A stretch of DNA of 64,000 nt. It comes from Bacillota bacterium (GTDB lineage: Bacteria > Bacillota > Clostridia > Lachnospirales > Lachnospiraceae). A program made the translations under genes and the position numbers. Below the pieces are notes generated by a model. That model was not told where the DNA came from. It worked only from the letters and a program-made list of their open reading frames with translations, and did no database searches. Where the stretch lies: the NCBI GenBank assembly GCA_023392615.1, contig JAEVYT010000011.1, positions 25,335 through 89,334 on the forward strand, read 5' to 3'. Of the stretch, positions 1 through 9,771 are shown one piece after another. Every line of letters starts with the position of its first letter. The stretch's first letter is position 1.

Positions 1-2375
1 CTATCCATAATTTTAGCTGTACTTGAAAACGCCGTTCGCGCATAGCAGCTTTCCAATAAGTCATGGCTTAACACTCTATTCTCAGGAATCACATTATTCA
101 AAAGTTTATGAAAAGCAGCCACATCATAGATTCCTTTACCGGTATAAATTCCTTCATCAAAAATATCCTGATAAATATCCGAAATCACTGCGCTGTAATG
201 TGCCAAACCAGACTGTCCTCCGAAAATCTCAGCAAACCGACTCCCCTTCTTGTCTACGATATGATTTCTGACAGAAGGTTGTATGATAACATATCCCTCT
301 TTGACCTTCTTACTTTGCTCTTCCACAATAGGTTTGTTTAATGGATGGTCAATTAATCCAACAAGCTTAGCAGCATTATCGCGAATCAGATTTGTATCCG
401 CATCCAGTGTGATAACGTATCGATATGTCCCCATAAGTTCTTCATCCGTTAAAACCATAGAAAAGGTCGTATTCTCTTTATCTATGCCATTTAGGAGATT
501 ATTAAATTCCTCTAGCTTGCCTCTCTTTCTCTCCCAACCCATATAACAATTTTCAGACTTATTCCATTTTCTATAACGTATAAACAGAGAAAATCGTTGA
601 TGCTTGGAATAGTACATCTCATTCAACTCATTCATACGGCTAATTAATGCACTCTCTATCTGCTCATCCTCCGGTGTAAATTCGTCCGGTGAGTCTTTGT
701 GATCAATCAAAAGTGCAAAATACAGATTGGATTGCCTGTTAGCAAGATAATGTTTATGCAAACGTTCCATGTAATCTAATCCTTGTTCCTTCGAGGATAC
801 AATAACCGGCATCACGACGAAGGTTCTTGCATTATCCGGAATTTCACTAACATAATCGAGGGAAGGAATTTTCTTCACCTTAATATGCCTCGTAAACATA
901 AAATTTGTCAGTTCCATCGTAATGCCAATCATTACAGGAGATGCGGCTAACATAAATAACACCAACGAAAGATATCGACTGCTCTCGTTACTTTTACTTA
1001 ATAAAAACCCTAGAGCTATATAGATACAAATGGTCAAAAAAGCTAAGGTAACCACATAACAACTGCCTTTTGTATTTTTCTTTCTCATAATATTTTTATT
1101 AGCTGGTTTATTTAAAACCTTCGACTTTAGTAACGGATAGCCTTTTGATAATAGATAAGTTCCTACATGATGTGATTGATGTAATCCTTCTTTCCCTTCA
1201 ATGGCTAACTCTAATACATCATTTACAATTTTTTGTTCTTCCAACTTATAGCGATGTGCTAATTTGACAATAACACCTCGATACATTCCCTTGCTTTCTG
1301 AATCCATCAGATGATATATTCCCTCTGGATCTTTAGAAAGTACCTGTTCTAAGTAGGAGAACTCTTCATAAAATCCTTCCAGATTAAATTCATTAATTTC
1401 TCTCAGGCTTACAATGAGAGAACGAATTCTGGTCTCTAGTAGGGATTCAATCTTACCCTCTTCCACAAATACCTGCGCAGGTGTTAACTGAGTCCCTTCT
1501 GTTCGGATATGATATTCCAGATATTGTTGAATCGCCAAATCATCATAGGACATATTTTTCAATAGATATATCACATGTGCATGAAATGAAAAATTACTTT
1601 TGCACTCCTCATCGATCTCTGTTAGTAATACACGAATATCTGTCCCATTCTTTTCATTCTCCAGTCTTTCTCGGACAAATAAATCTGCCCTTGATTTTAG
1701 ATGAATGATATGAAGAATATCCTCTGCTACCTCAATAATATGCTCCAATAAACAAAAGCCCAACATCTCCGGCAAAACCCATAGTTCTTTATCAGTTAAC
1801 GGAATATTTTTTTGGTATGCCGCCAGCATTATAGCAATATTTTCTTCATCGAGATGACCTTTGGATAACGCAACCATCTTCTTCGCAACAATGTAAATTC
1901 TAGGATACCCACGATATTCTTTATTTCTTAGTATTGGTAGAATCTCATAACTCGTTCCCGATGTTCTAACCTTTTTAATCTCACGATACATCATCTGAAA
2001 ATTATCAAATAACCAGCGAGCAGCAGGAATTAGCGTTATTATATCTGTGGATATCGCAGAAATCTCATTTCTTATTTTATTTAGCTTTTTATACGCGATT
2101 TGATTGTAATCATCCAGCACGAAATTATATTTCATCAGCTTGACAAGTTCATGACTTCTTGCGAGTTCCTGCATCTGCTGTTCAATTTCTGTCGTAGTAA
2201 GAACGGTGTTATTGCCGGAAGACTCTATATTAAAACGCAGTCTTTTATGAAAATGACTAAAACGATAGTAGAGAAAAATAAGTATACTCCAAATAATTGC
2301 AATAACAATAATTAAAACCTTGACCCCTGTCGGAATATATATAGTAAACTGATAACCTTCCAATATAGTAAGCAA
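1..2375 (-). CDS. NdvB/Cgs-like cyclic beta-1,2-glucan synthase, 5' part (runs off window)
   Basis: Missing from ORF track. Partial manual translation from TTG at 2375 (RBS AAGGAGGAG) gives IPAARWLFDNF, GYPRIY, GWERKRGKLEEFN and YVITLDADT, typical of NdvB/Cgs. Confidence 0.88.
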   Translation of the reverse strand, partial: MLTILEGYQFTIYIPTGVKVLIIVIAIIWSILIFLYYRFSHFHKRLRFNIESSGNNTVLTTTEIEQQMQELARSHELVKLMKYNFVLDDYNQIAYKKLNKIRNEISAISTDIITLIPAARWLFDNFQMMYREIKKVRTSGTSYEILPILRNKEYRGYPRIYIVAKKMVALSKGHLDEENIAIMLAAYQKNIPLTDKELWVLPEMLGFCLLEHIIEVAEDILHIIHLKSRADLFVRERLENEKNGTDIRVLLTEIDEECKSNFSFHAHVIYLLKNMSYDDLAIQQYLEYHIRTEGTQLTPAQVFVEEGKIESLLETRIRSLIVSLREINEFNLEGFYEEFSYLEQVLSKDPEGIYHLMDSESKGMYRGVIVKLAHRYKLEEQKIVNDVLELAIEGKEGLHQSHHVGTYLLSKGYPLLKSKVLNKPANKNIMRKKNTKGSCYVVTLAFLTICIYIALGFLLSKSNESSRYLSLVLFMLAASPVMIGITMELTNFMFTRHIKVKKIPSLDYVSEIPDNARTFVVMPVIVSSKEQGLDYMERLHKHYLANRQSNLYFALLIDHKDSPDEFTPEDEQIESALISRMNELNEMYYSKHQRFSLFIRYRKWNKSENCYMGWERKRGKLEEFNNLLNGIDKENTTFSMVLTDEELMGTYRYVITLDADTNLIRDNAAKLVGLIDHPLNKPIVEEQSKKVKEGYVIIQPSVRNHIVDKKGSRFAEIFGGQSGLAHYSAVISDIYQDIFDEGIYTGKGIYDVAAFHKLLNNVIPENRVLSHDLLESCYARTAFSSTAKIMD

Positions 2376-2400
2376 TGTGACTCCTCCTTAATAATTGCTA

Positions 2401-2433
2401 AAAAACAGCACAAGTATATATTGTGCTGTTTTT
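2401..2433. terminator. Bidirectional intrinsic terminator-like hairpin
   Basis: aaaaacagcacaa-gtatata-ttgtgctgttttt, downstream of the alpha/beta hydrolase. Confidence 0.7.
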
Positions 2434-2505
2434 GTGATTCTTATTATATTGATTGTTAATTTAATCAAATCCATATCAATTCCGAATTAATAAGATAGAA
2501 CTTAA

Positions 2506-3318
2506 TTAGCTCTCTACGAATTTTACTAAAACATCATTAAATTCGCTTTTTTGATCATAAAAGGCTGCATGGCCTGAGAACTCAAAAGGTACCAGTATTG
2601 AATTCTTAATCATCTGCTCCTGAATTTGCCCTAACTCAAACGGAACTACCTTATCATGAATACCATGGATAATCATGGTAGGTACATCAATTTCCTCTAA
2701 ATCAGAGAATAACACTTCTTTAATCCAGGTTTCAGAAACAGCAGCGGTTGCCCAGCCAGCCGCCTGTAACCCAACTTGGAAGAACCAATCAGCGAAAGGC
2801 TCAGTAATTAATTGGAAAAAGAATACATTTCCAAAGTTCTGTAACATCTGTGGACGGTCATTATTTGCTCCATCAATCAAATTCTGTACAACACTGATAT
2901 CCACCCCATAAGGAAAATTAGGGCGTTTGATTAAGCTCGGAGCCGCTGCCGCTGCCAAAACCAACTTAGCTACCCCTTTCCCCTTATGTCTTCCCATATA
3001 TCTTACAGCAATGGAACCACCGGTCGAATGGCCTAAGAGTGTAAAATCTTTTAATTCCAGCGCATCTACCACCTGGCTTACATCATCCGCCAAGGTATCG
3101 TAATCATATCCATGAAAAGGTTTATCCGAATTACCAAATCCCCTTGTATCAATCCCGATACAACGATAACCTAACTTTGGTATCTGATCAAATTGATATT
3201 CAAATAGTTTCGTGCTTCCCGGCCAACCATGAAGAAACAAAATTGTTTTCTCCCCTTCCGGATTTAAATCTTCTACATAAATATTTACATTGTTCTCAAC
3301 TGTAACATAATAACCCAT
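2506..3318 (-). CDS. Alpha/beta hydrolase (non-heme chloroperoxidase/arylesterase-like)
   Basis: LFLHGWP, DTRGFGNSDKP, GHSTG nucleophile elbow, HGIHDKVVP, SGH. Confidence 0.9.
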   Translation of the reverse strand: MGYYVTVENNVNIYVEDLNPEGEKTILFLHGWPGSTKLFEYQFDQIPKLGYRCIGIDTRGFGNSDKPFHGYDYDTLADDVSQVVDALELKDFTLLGHSTGGSIAVRYMGRHKGKGVAKLVLAAAAAPSLIKRPNFPYGVDISVVQNLIDGANNDRPQMLQNFGNVFFFQLITEPFADWFFQVGLQAAGWATAAVSETWIKEVLFSDLEEIDVPTMIIHGIHDKVVPFELGQIQEQMIKNSILVPFEFSGHAAFYDQKSEFNDVLVKFVES

Positions 3319-3451
3319 AACGTTCTCCCGAATGAATCTTATTCAGATTATTATATTCATAGCAAAAGTAAATGTCATACATTTCTATTATTAGTTATCA
3401 TTTTAATTTATAATCATATAATTTTATATATATGCTTAAGGGGGAAATTAA

Positions 3452-4750
3452 GTGGAAATCTATGTGGTTCAACCTGGTGATACAATTGAATACATTGCTG
3501 AAAAGTATAACGTATCCACAGCAAGACTAATTCAAGATAATGGTTTGGATAATCCCACCTCACTTGTTCCCGGTCAAACCATTGTGATATTTTTCCCTAC
3601 AAAAACATATACAGTGCAAGAAGGGGATTCTTTGTACAGTATCGCAACGGAATTTAATATCACTATTATGCAGCTAATAAGAAACAATCCTGACTTATAT
3701 AATCGCGATTATATCTATCCTGGTGAAGTATTAATTATCAGTTACGATATCGAATATGATATTACCACTAATGGTTTTGCTTACTACTTTATTAATCGGG
3801 ATACATTAAAGAAAACCTTACCGTATCTCACCTTCCTATCCATCTTTAATTATAGAGCGACCAAAGATGGTAGAATCAATTCTTATGGAGATGATAGTGA
3901 TATCATTAATCTTGCTAAATTATATAAAACTATTCCTTTATTAATGATCTCTACCCTATCCATTTTAGGTGAAGCTAATACCGAATTGGTTTATGAAATC
4001 CTATTAAATGATGACATAGGAAATAATCTAATCAAAAATACTTTACAAACTGTACAATCAAAGGGTTTTAAAGGAGTCAATGTTTTAATCAGTAGCATTA
4101 ACAGTACCAATCAGGGGTATTATGTAAAATTTCTATCAAGATTATCAGATGTATTAAAAAAAGAGAATTATATCCTAGTAGTAACAATTAACCCTAACAT
4201 CACACAAGTAGGAGATTCTGTATTCTTCGAACGACTTGACTATAACAGTATTGGTCGAATTGTATATCAATTAGTATTTACCCAATACGTATGGGGACAA
4301 AACAAACAGCCACCCGGTCCAGTCAGTTCGACCTTCTTGCTGCGTTCCTTTTTAGAATATATCCAAGCTACTGTAACAAGTAACAACATTTCCTTAGGTA
4401 CCCCGTTAATCGGTTACGATTGGACTCTTCCCTATGTACCGGGAAAATCTGTTGCAAACGCAATGACTGTCAATTCAACAATAACTCTGGCTAATGATAC
4501 TGAATCGAGTATTCAATTTGATGACGCTTCGCAAACACCTTACTTCACATATTACAGCTCCTATAATGTCTTGCCGGAAGAACATATAGTATGGTTTATT
4601 GATGCTAGAAGTATAAGATCACTATATGATCTGATTATTGAGTTTAATTTTGTTGGATCAGGAATTTGGAATATCAATCATTACGATCAACAATTATGGT
4701 CTATGATTAATGCTAAATTTGTAATTATTAAGATAATGTCCGATCATTAA
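3452..4750 (+). CDS. 2xLysM + GH18-fold spore germination/cortex protein (YaaH/YdhD-like)
   Basis: Two LysM repeats (YVVQPGDT, YTVQEGDSL); GH18-type C-terminus (GYDWTLPY, HIVWF, GIWNI). Confidence 0.88.
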   Translation: MEIYVVQPGDTIEYIAEKYNVSTARLIQDNGLDNPTSLVPGQTIVIFFPTKTYTVQEGDSLYSIATEFNITIMQLIRNNPDLYNRDYIYPGEVLIISYDIEYDITTNGFAYYFINRDTLKKTLPYLTFLSIFNYRATKDGRINSYGDDSDIINLAKLYKTIPLLMISTLSILGEANTELVYEILLNDDIGNNLIKNTLQTVQSKGFKGVNVLISSINSTNQGYYVKFLSRLSDVLKKENYILVVTINPNITQVGDSVFFERLDYNSIGRIVYQLVFTQYVWGQNKQPPGPVSSTFLLRSFLEYIQATVTSNNISLGTPLIGYDWTLPYVPGKSVANAMTVNSTITLANDTESSIQFDDASQTPYFTYYSSYNVLPEEHIVWFIDARSIRSLYDLIIEFNFVGSGIWNINHYDQQLWSMINAKFVIIKIMSDH

Positions 4751-4841
4751 ATATATTATTAAAATAATATATTCGCAGGACATCGTATGACTCCATCCTA
4801 TGTTTTAATAATCGCATATACTAAAATAGGAGCTAATCTTT

Positions 4842-5123
4842 ATGCCATTTTTAAATCCAGATAGAAAACCACGTATTCGCCATCCTCAAGGTCATCCCAT
4901 TGCTGTCATCGCCGCATTTAATACTCTTGGTGGTATCATGCCACGATATTTTTGCATTGAGGATGACAACTCAGAATTATTCAAATATCAGGTCTCCTCA
5001 GTCAAGCAGATCAAAGACAAATACATGATCAAAGTATTTTATTGTACCTATGATGCCTACGGTTATCGTAACAATATCATTCTTAATTATGATATAACAA
5101 AATGTATTTGGGTTATGGGATAA
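4842..5123 (+). CDS. Small hypothetical protein
   Basis: 93 aa ORF with AGGAG RBS; CATATACT sporulation-like -10 upstream. Confidence 0.75.
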   Translation: MPFLNPDRKPRIRHPQGHPIAVIAAFNTLGGIMPRYFCIEDDNSELFKYQVSSVKQIKDKYMIKVFYCTYDAYGYRNNIILNYDITKCIWVMG

Positions 5124-5157
5124 CTAAGATGCTGCATAATAATTTATTCTATAAAAA

Positions 5158-5201
5158 TAATGCTATCTGCCACAATATTAGATGTGGGCAATATAGCATT
5201 T
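5158..5201. terminator. Hairpin between convergent genes
   Basis: aatgctat..tgccaca...tgtgggca..atagcattt inverted repeat with A/T tails. Confidence 0.6.
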
Positions 5202-5233
5202 ATTTTTGATTGTTATTAATTTTGTAATGTTCT

Positions 5234-6013
5234 TTATGCTTTGTTTTTATAATCCTTATAGATTAAAAAAGAGATTGGCAAAACTACTATCCCGACAATA
5301 GCATCCAATAAAATAATAATATAATAACCCGGGGTATATATTTTACCTTGTATCAGCGAGTCATAAGCAAAAATATAGTAAATAAAAAACGGCAGGTACA
5401 TAACTAGCAATAATAGCACCAACTTACCATAATTTTTCACACCAGCCTTAAAACCATTTTTTAAGCCCTGAATAATCTTAATATTATCAAGAAAGATGGA
5501 TGGTAACCACAAAATAATGAAAGGCATAGCAAGTATAAGAAGTATTACCGTAATTAGCATAATTACTATTGATACAATTAGTATATTATCCCCTCCACTC
5601 AAGGCCAACATCATAAAAGCGAATAATACTGATACGATTCCAATAATAATTGAGAAACCAAATACAATGGCCCCGGATAATAGTGCCATAAGTAAAACAC
5701 GAACAAAAAACTTTTTAATACCCGGAAAAAAGGATTTTAATGACGTTTTACCATAATCAATTGCTTCAGCCATCATATTTCCATACCCAGATATAAATAA
5801 CAACGATAAACCACACATTAACAAAGATGCTATTAACATTTTCATCATTGCAAACATATAACCTGCAATGTCAAAACTCTCTCCCTGAATATAATCATAC
5901 ATATTATGCGGATAAAGCGAGAAGTAAATCAAAGCTGTTATTGCAAAAAAAATGAAATAGACCAAGATAATTGAATTATTTTCCTTTAGTAACTTTATTG
6001 ACTTTTTGATCAT
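5234..6013 (-). CDS. Hypothetical integral membrane protein (~6 TM)
   Basis: Multiple hydrophobic segments; ATG at 6013 with GGGGGAA RBS. Confidence 0.8.
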   Translation of the reverse strand: MIKKSIKLLKENNSIILVYFIFFAITALIYFSLYPHNMYDYIQGESFDIAGYMFAMMKMLIASLLMCGLSLLFISGYGNMMAEAIDYGKTSLKSFFPGIKKFFVRVLLMALLSGAIVFGFSIIIGIVSVLFAFMMLALSGGDNILIVSIVIMLITVILLILAMPFIILWLPSIFLDNIKIIQGLKNGFKAGVKNYGKLVLLLLVMYLPFFIYYIFAYDSLIQGKIYTPGYYIIILLDAIVGIVVLPISFLIYKDYKNKA

Positions 6014-6112
6014 TATAAATTCCCCCAACGATATCTTTCGTTTTTCCTATCATATTTATTATATACGAATTGGTAAGGAATTACTATGAGAATTTGATGA
6101 TAAAATCATTAA

Positions 6113-6988
6113 TTAATACGCTAGGATCTCATATCCATTATCTGTAATCAGAACGGTAACCTCCCATTGAGCAGAGTCCGTTCCATCTTTTGTGGTTATT
6201 GTCCATCCATTCTGATTGTTTAATTCGACGTCAGCCTTCCCCTGATTTATCATAGGTTCAATTGTAAATACCATACCTTGAACTAACAACATATCTGTGC
6301 CGCTTTTCGTTACATAACTAACATACGGTTCTTCATGAAATTCAATCCCAATTCCATGACCACCGATTTCTTCAACAACAGTATAACCGTTTGATCTTAC
6401 ATAATCATTAATTGCTTGACCGATATCACCCAGATAGTTCCATGCTCTTGCTTTTTCTAGCCCTTTATCAATCGCTTTTCTTGCAACCTCAACTAATCTT
6501 TTCCGTTCCTCACTAACAGTCCCTATACAAAACATTCTTGATGAATCGGAGAAATACCCATTCACAATAGTTGAAACATCAACATTGATAATATCTCCAT
6601 CTTTTAATACAACCTGATCGGATGGAATACCATGGCATACTTCATTATTAATTGAAGTACATACACTTTTGGGAAAGCCTTCAAATCCAAGTGTTGCAGA
6701 CACGCCACCCAGTTCCGTTGTTTTATCATTAATTAGTCTATCGATATCTTCCGTAGTCATACCGACATGGATTTGCTCCGATACGTAATCCAGTATCCGA
6801 GTATTAACGTTACCACTTTTACGAATTCCTTCAATTTGGGATAATGATTTTATTATCTTTCTCTTTGGAACGATACTTCCCTGCAACTTATAGTGATTGA
6901 TTTTCTGATCCACATCAAAGTGACACATCTTATATTTTCTGCCGCTTCCACACCAGCATAAGTCATTTCTTTCTAATTTTCTATACAT
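6113..6988 (-). CDS. map: Methionine aminopeptidase type I with N-terminal SEC-C Zn motif
   Basis: RNDLCWCGSGRKYKMCH; CTSINNEVCHGIP, DVS, DSSRMF, GHGIG..FHEEP, TIEPM, SAQWE. Confidence 0.93.
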   Translation of the reverse strand: MYRKLERNDLCWCGSGRKYKMCHFDVDQKINHYKLQGSIVPKRKIIKSLSQIEGIRKSGNVNTRILDYVSEQIHVGMTTEDIDRLINDKTTELGGVSATLGFEGFPKSVCTSINNEVCHGIPSDQVVLKDGDIINVDVSTIVNGYFSDSSRMFCIGTVSEERKRLVEVARKAIDKGLEKARAWNYLGDIGQAINDYVRSNGYTVVEEIGGHGIGIEFHEEPYVSYVTKSGTDMLLVQGMVFTIEPMINQGKADVELNNQNGWTITTKDGTDSAQWEVTVLITDNGYEILAY

Positions 6989-7009
6989 TAATTAACTCCT
7001 ATATCATTA

Positions 7010-7375
7010 CTATGGAGTAGATTGAATCCTAGATTTATCATAAAATACTAGCTTGGGTTGAACCTTACGAAACATACTCGGTGAATAACCAAAACATTTA
7101 TAAAATGCTCTTGAAAAAGCTTCATTGGAGGAAAAGCCATATTTTATGGCAATATCTATGATCTTCTGATTGGTTTCTCTCAAATCAAGTGCTGCCTGAG
7201 TTAGTTTTCGCTTTATAACATATTCCTTAAATGATACCCCCACTGCTTCGTGAAATTTCGTCGAGCAATAAAACGAAGAATACCCAACATGTTCGGACAT
7301 CTTCTCAAGCGTTGGAGTATTTTTCAAATTCGTTTCTACCCAGTCTATCATCGTTTCAATAGTTTTTATCGACAA
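7010..7375 (-). CDS. Single-domain AraC-family HTH regulator
   Basis: 121 aa; IDIAIKYGFSSNEAFSRAFYKCFGYSPSMFRK AraC signature. Confidence 0.9.
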   Translation of the reverse strand: MSIKTIETMIDWVETNLKNTPTLEKMSEHVGYSSFYCSTKFHEAVGVSFKEYVIKRKLTQAALDLRETNQKIIDIAIKYGFSSNEAFSRAFYKCFGYSPSMFRKVQPKLVFYDKSRIQSTP

Positions 7376-7454
7376 ATCTCTTCACTCCTTGTAATAATAG
7401 TATAGCAAAACTACCGTATATATTCTTGATAGAAGTTGTGAATCTAGATTAAAA

Positions 7455-7562
7455 TCAAATGAATTTTGCAAATTCCCGGACGGTTTTTCTGGCGCCTCTA
7501 AGCTTTACACTGCTCGGATCCATCTTCCCAATAGTGATCATGATCACCGGTATTTCATTCTT
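7455..7562 (-). pseudogene. 3' remnant of a nitroreductase-family gene (YodC/YdgI-like)
   Basis: Translates KNEIPVIMITIGKMDPSSVKLRGARKTVREFAKFI*, resembling nitroreductase C-termini; 5' part of the gene absent. Confidence 0.6.
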
Positions 7563-8342
7563 CTAATAGAATAAATACGAAGTCATGGATAAGGCGCCCA
7601 GCATAGAGGAATTATTAAATACCTTTACCTTATCACTTTCATCTGAAGCCCCAAGTGCATATAAAAGCGGATAGAAATGTTCTGGGGTTGGGATGGATAA
7701 CTGAGCGGATTGCCCTGCTTTCTCATATTGGAGAACATCTTCATATCGTTTATTAACAATTTTATCCTTAATATAGAGATCAAACTCTTCCGCCCAAGGA
7801 TAACCTCCAGACATGTTCCAATCAAGTTTTCGTAAGTTGTGAACAACATTACCACTCGCAAATATTAATACACCATTATCTCTTAATGTACTCAGATCCT
7901 TGCCGATTTGAAAATGAGTTCTTGCATCTACATTCCTGTCCACACTTAACTGGTAAACGGGAACATCGGCTGCCGGATACATCTTATGAAGAATGGACCA
8001 AGTTCCATGATCATAGCCCCAGCTATTGTCTATTATCACTTCCTTTTGGATTAAATTCTTAGTCAATCGAGCTAATTCAGGTGCTCCTTTTGTATTATAC
8101 TCTACCTTATACAGTTCTTCCGGAAAGCCATACATATCATAAACCATCTTTGGATTGTCAGCATCGGTAATTCTCGTTCCTTCTGTATACCAGTGTGCTG
8201 AGATAGCTAATATGGCCGTCGGTTTTGGAATAAGCTCCTTGATCTTCGCCCAATTCTCTGTATATTCATTATCTTCTATCGCATTCATTGGTGATCCATG
8301 CCCAACAAACAATACCGGCATTTTTTTATTAATTTCTGACAT
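7563..8342 (-). CDS. ygiD: 4,5-DOPA extradiol dioxygenase (YgiD/LigB family)
   Basis: LFVGHGSPMNA, ISAHW, GYDHGTW, SGNVVHNL, PTPEHFYPL. Confidence 0.92.
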   Translation of the reverse strand: MSEINKKMPVLFVGHGSPMNAIEDNEYTENWAKIKELIPKPTAILAISAHWYTEGTRITDADNPKMVYDMYGFPEELYKVEYNTKGAPELARLTKNLIQKEVIIDNSWGYDHGTWSILHKMYPAADVPVYQLSVDRNVDARTHFQIGKDLSTLRDNGVLIFASGNVVHNLRKLDWNMSGGYPWAEEFDLYIKDKIVNKRYEDVLQYEKAGQSAQLSIPTPEHFYPLLYALGASDESDKVKVFNNSSMLGALSMTSYLFY

Positions 8343-8450
8343 AAGCTCCACTCCTTATTATGCTAAAGTGAACATATCTTTACTTTATTAAGTATCTCTA
8401 TTAGTGTTTAAGAAAAACTCTATATACTATCACTTACTTTATGTAACTAT

Positions 8451-8485
8451 ATTATAATAATATACCTACTTTTGTCAAGTAAGTA
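8451..8485 (-). promoter_or_regulatory. SigA promoter of ygiD with overlapping palindromic operator
   Basis: TTGACA (8478-8473)-16 bp-TATAAT (8456-8451); imperfect palindrome tacctactt-ttgtc-aagtaagta spans the -35. Confidence 0.6.
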
Positions 8486-8695
8486 TATTATTATATCATG
8501 GATGGATCTTCAATTAATTGAAACATGAATATTAGAACAGATCAAGTCATTCCTTTCCCCGTTTGAAGACTAATCCACCGGCTAGAATAACTTTAGCTTA
8601 TACCAAAGCAAGAACAGGTAGTAAATTAAATAATTATTCAGCGATAGAATTGATCAGCAGAAAGAACCAAGAATCACAAACCCTTATAGAGCATT

Positions 8696-9454
8696 TTATC
8701 TTTTCTTTCCAACCGCCGCCAAATAAATTATAAATTCTTCTTCTCCATCTAGTAGTAAAAGATCATCTATCACCTTCTGATCATATATACCGATTGCACA
8801 AACACCCATATCCACCGATTCACCAGCTAAATAAAGATTCTGGCAGACATGTCCGACATCGATCAATATTTTCTTATGTGCGGACACATCATATTTCCAT
8901 TCAGATCTATAAGGTGTCGTACTCCATGCAAAAGTTACGGCAGATTTTTTTACAAAATGAGGTACAAAAGGTTGATCCAACGTAATTGTATCCAATTTCT
9001 TATCAACATCCTCTAATGCAAACATGAATATTATCGCATGTTCTAACGGTAGATATCTATAAATTCCTTTCTCTAAACCAACCACATTCATAATGAATAG
9101 ATAGGTTTCAAAAGAATGAGTAGCTCCGCTACAGGGAACTGTTCTAAAAGTCATTCCATTTTTGTTTGTTTCTGTTATACCTTGTGTTGCCCACAAAAGA
9201 TATGATAACTCTGCAAGACTAATTGATGACTCACTATAAAGTCTTGTACTTCTTCTATCCTTTATGCAATTATAAATATCGCGTTTTTTTAGAATATCTC
9301 CATTGACGAAAGGTAATTCTATTATCTTCGAATTAGATTGATATGATTTAACTTTATCCGGTTGTGGAATTCCTTTAATTTTATCCGTCTTTATATTCTT
9401 AAATTCATTAAAATTTGATTTCAAAAAGTTTCTATATGCTTCATATCTTCCCAT
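8696..9454 (-). CDS. SagB/ThcOx-family FMN-dependent nitroreductase
   Basis: RRSTRLY, LSYLLWATQG, RTVPCSGATHSFETY, DVGHVCQNLYL. Confidence 0.9.
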   Translation of the reverse strand: MGRYEAYRNFLKSNFNEFKNIKTDKIKGIPQPDKVKSYQSNSKIIELPFVNGDILKKRDIYNCIKDRRSTRLYSESSISLAELSYLLWATQGITETNKNGMTFRTVPCSGATHSFETYLFIMNVVGLEKGIYRYLPLEHAIIFMFALEDVDKKLDTITLDQPFVPHFVKKSAVTFAWSTTPYRSEWKYDVSAHKKILIDVGHVCQNLYLAGESVDMGVCAIGIYDQKVIDDLLLLDGEEEFIIYLAAVGKKR

Positions 9455-9624
9455 GTCATTATCTCCTAGTTTTATTCATTATGTAAGTAGTAAATTCGGT
9501 TCGCATAGTCACTCCCTATACGAATACTACTATTAAATCCTTAGTTGTGACTAATATTATTATAAGACTTATATGTCCTATATAGCAATGTTATTCTATT
9601 TCATATTGCTTGTATTTAGCTAAC

Positions 9625-9670
9625 AAAAACCCCACTCTTTAACGGCCTAGCTGTTAAAGAGTGGGGTTTT
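9625..9670. terminator. Intrinsic terminator downstream of yebC
   Basis: aaaaaccccactctttaac...gttaaagagtggggtttt. Confidence 0.8.
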
Positions 9671-9771
9671 GATGTATATTAATTTTTTAAAGGTATCCGA
9701 TATCATTACCGAAGCTTTTTAATCCAAATCGCAAAAAACCTACAGAGAATTTTTAGAATTCTCAATGAAAT

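Noticed and set aside
23..2315. Short + strand ORFs in the ORF track
   Set aside because: Antisense shadows of the ndvB-like gene; the same applies to most short opposite-strand ORFs inside core genes
8696..9454. RiPP (azole) cluster around the SagB-like gene
   Set aside because: No YcaO, precursor peptide or transporter nearby
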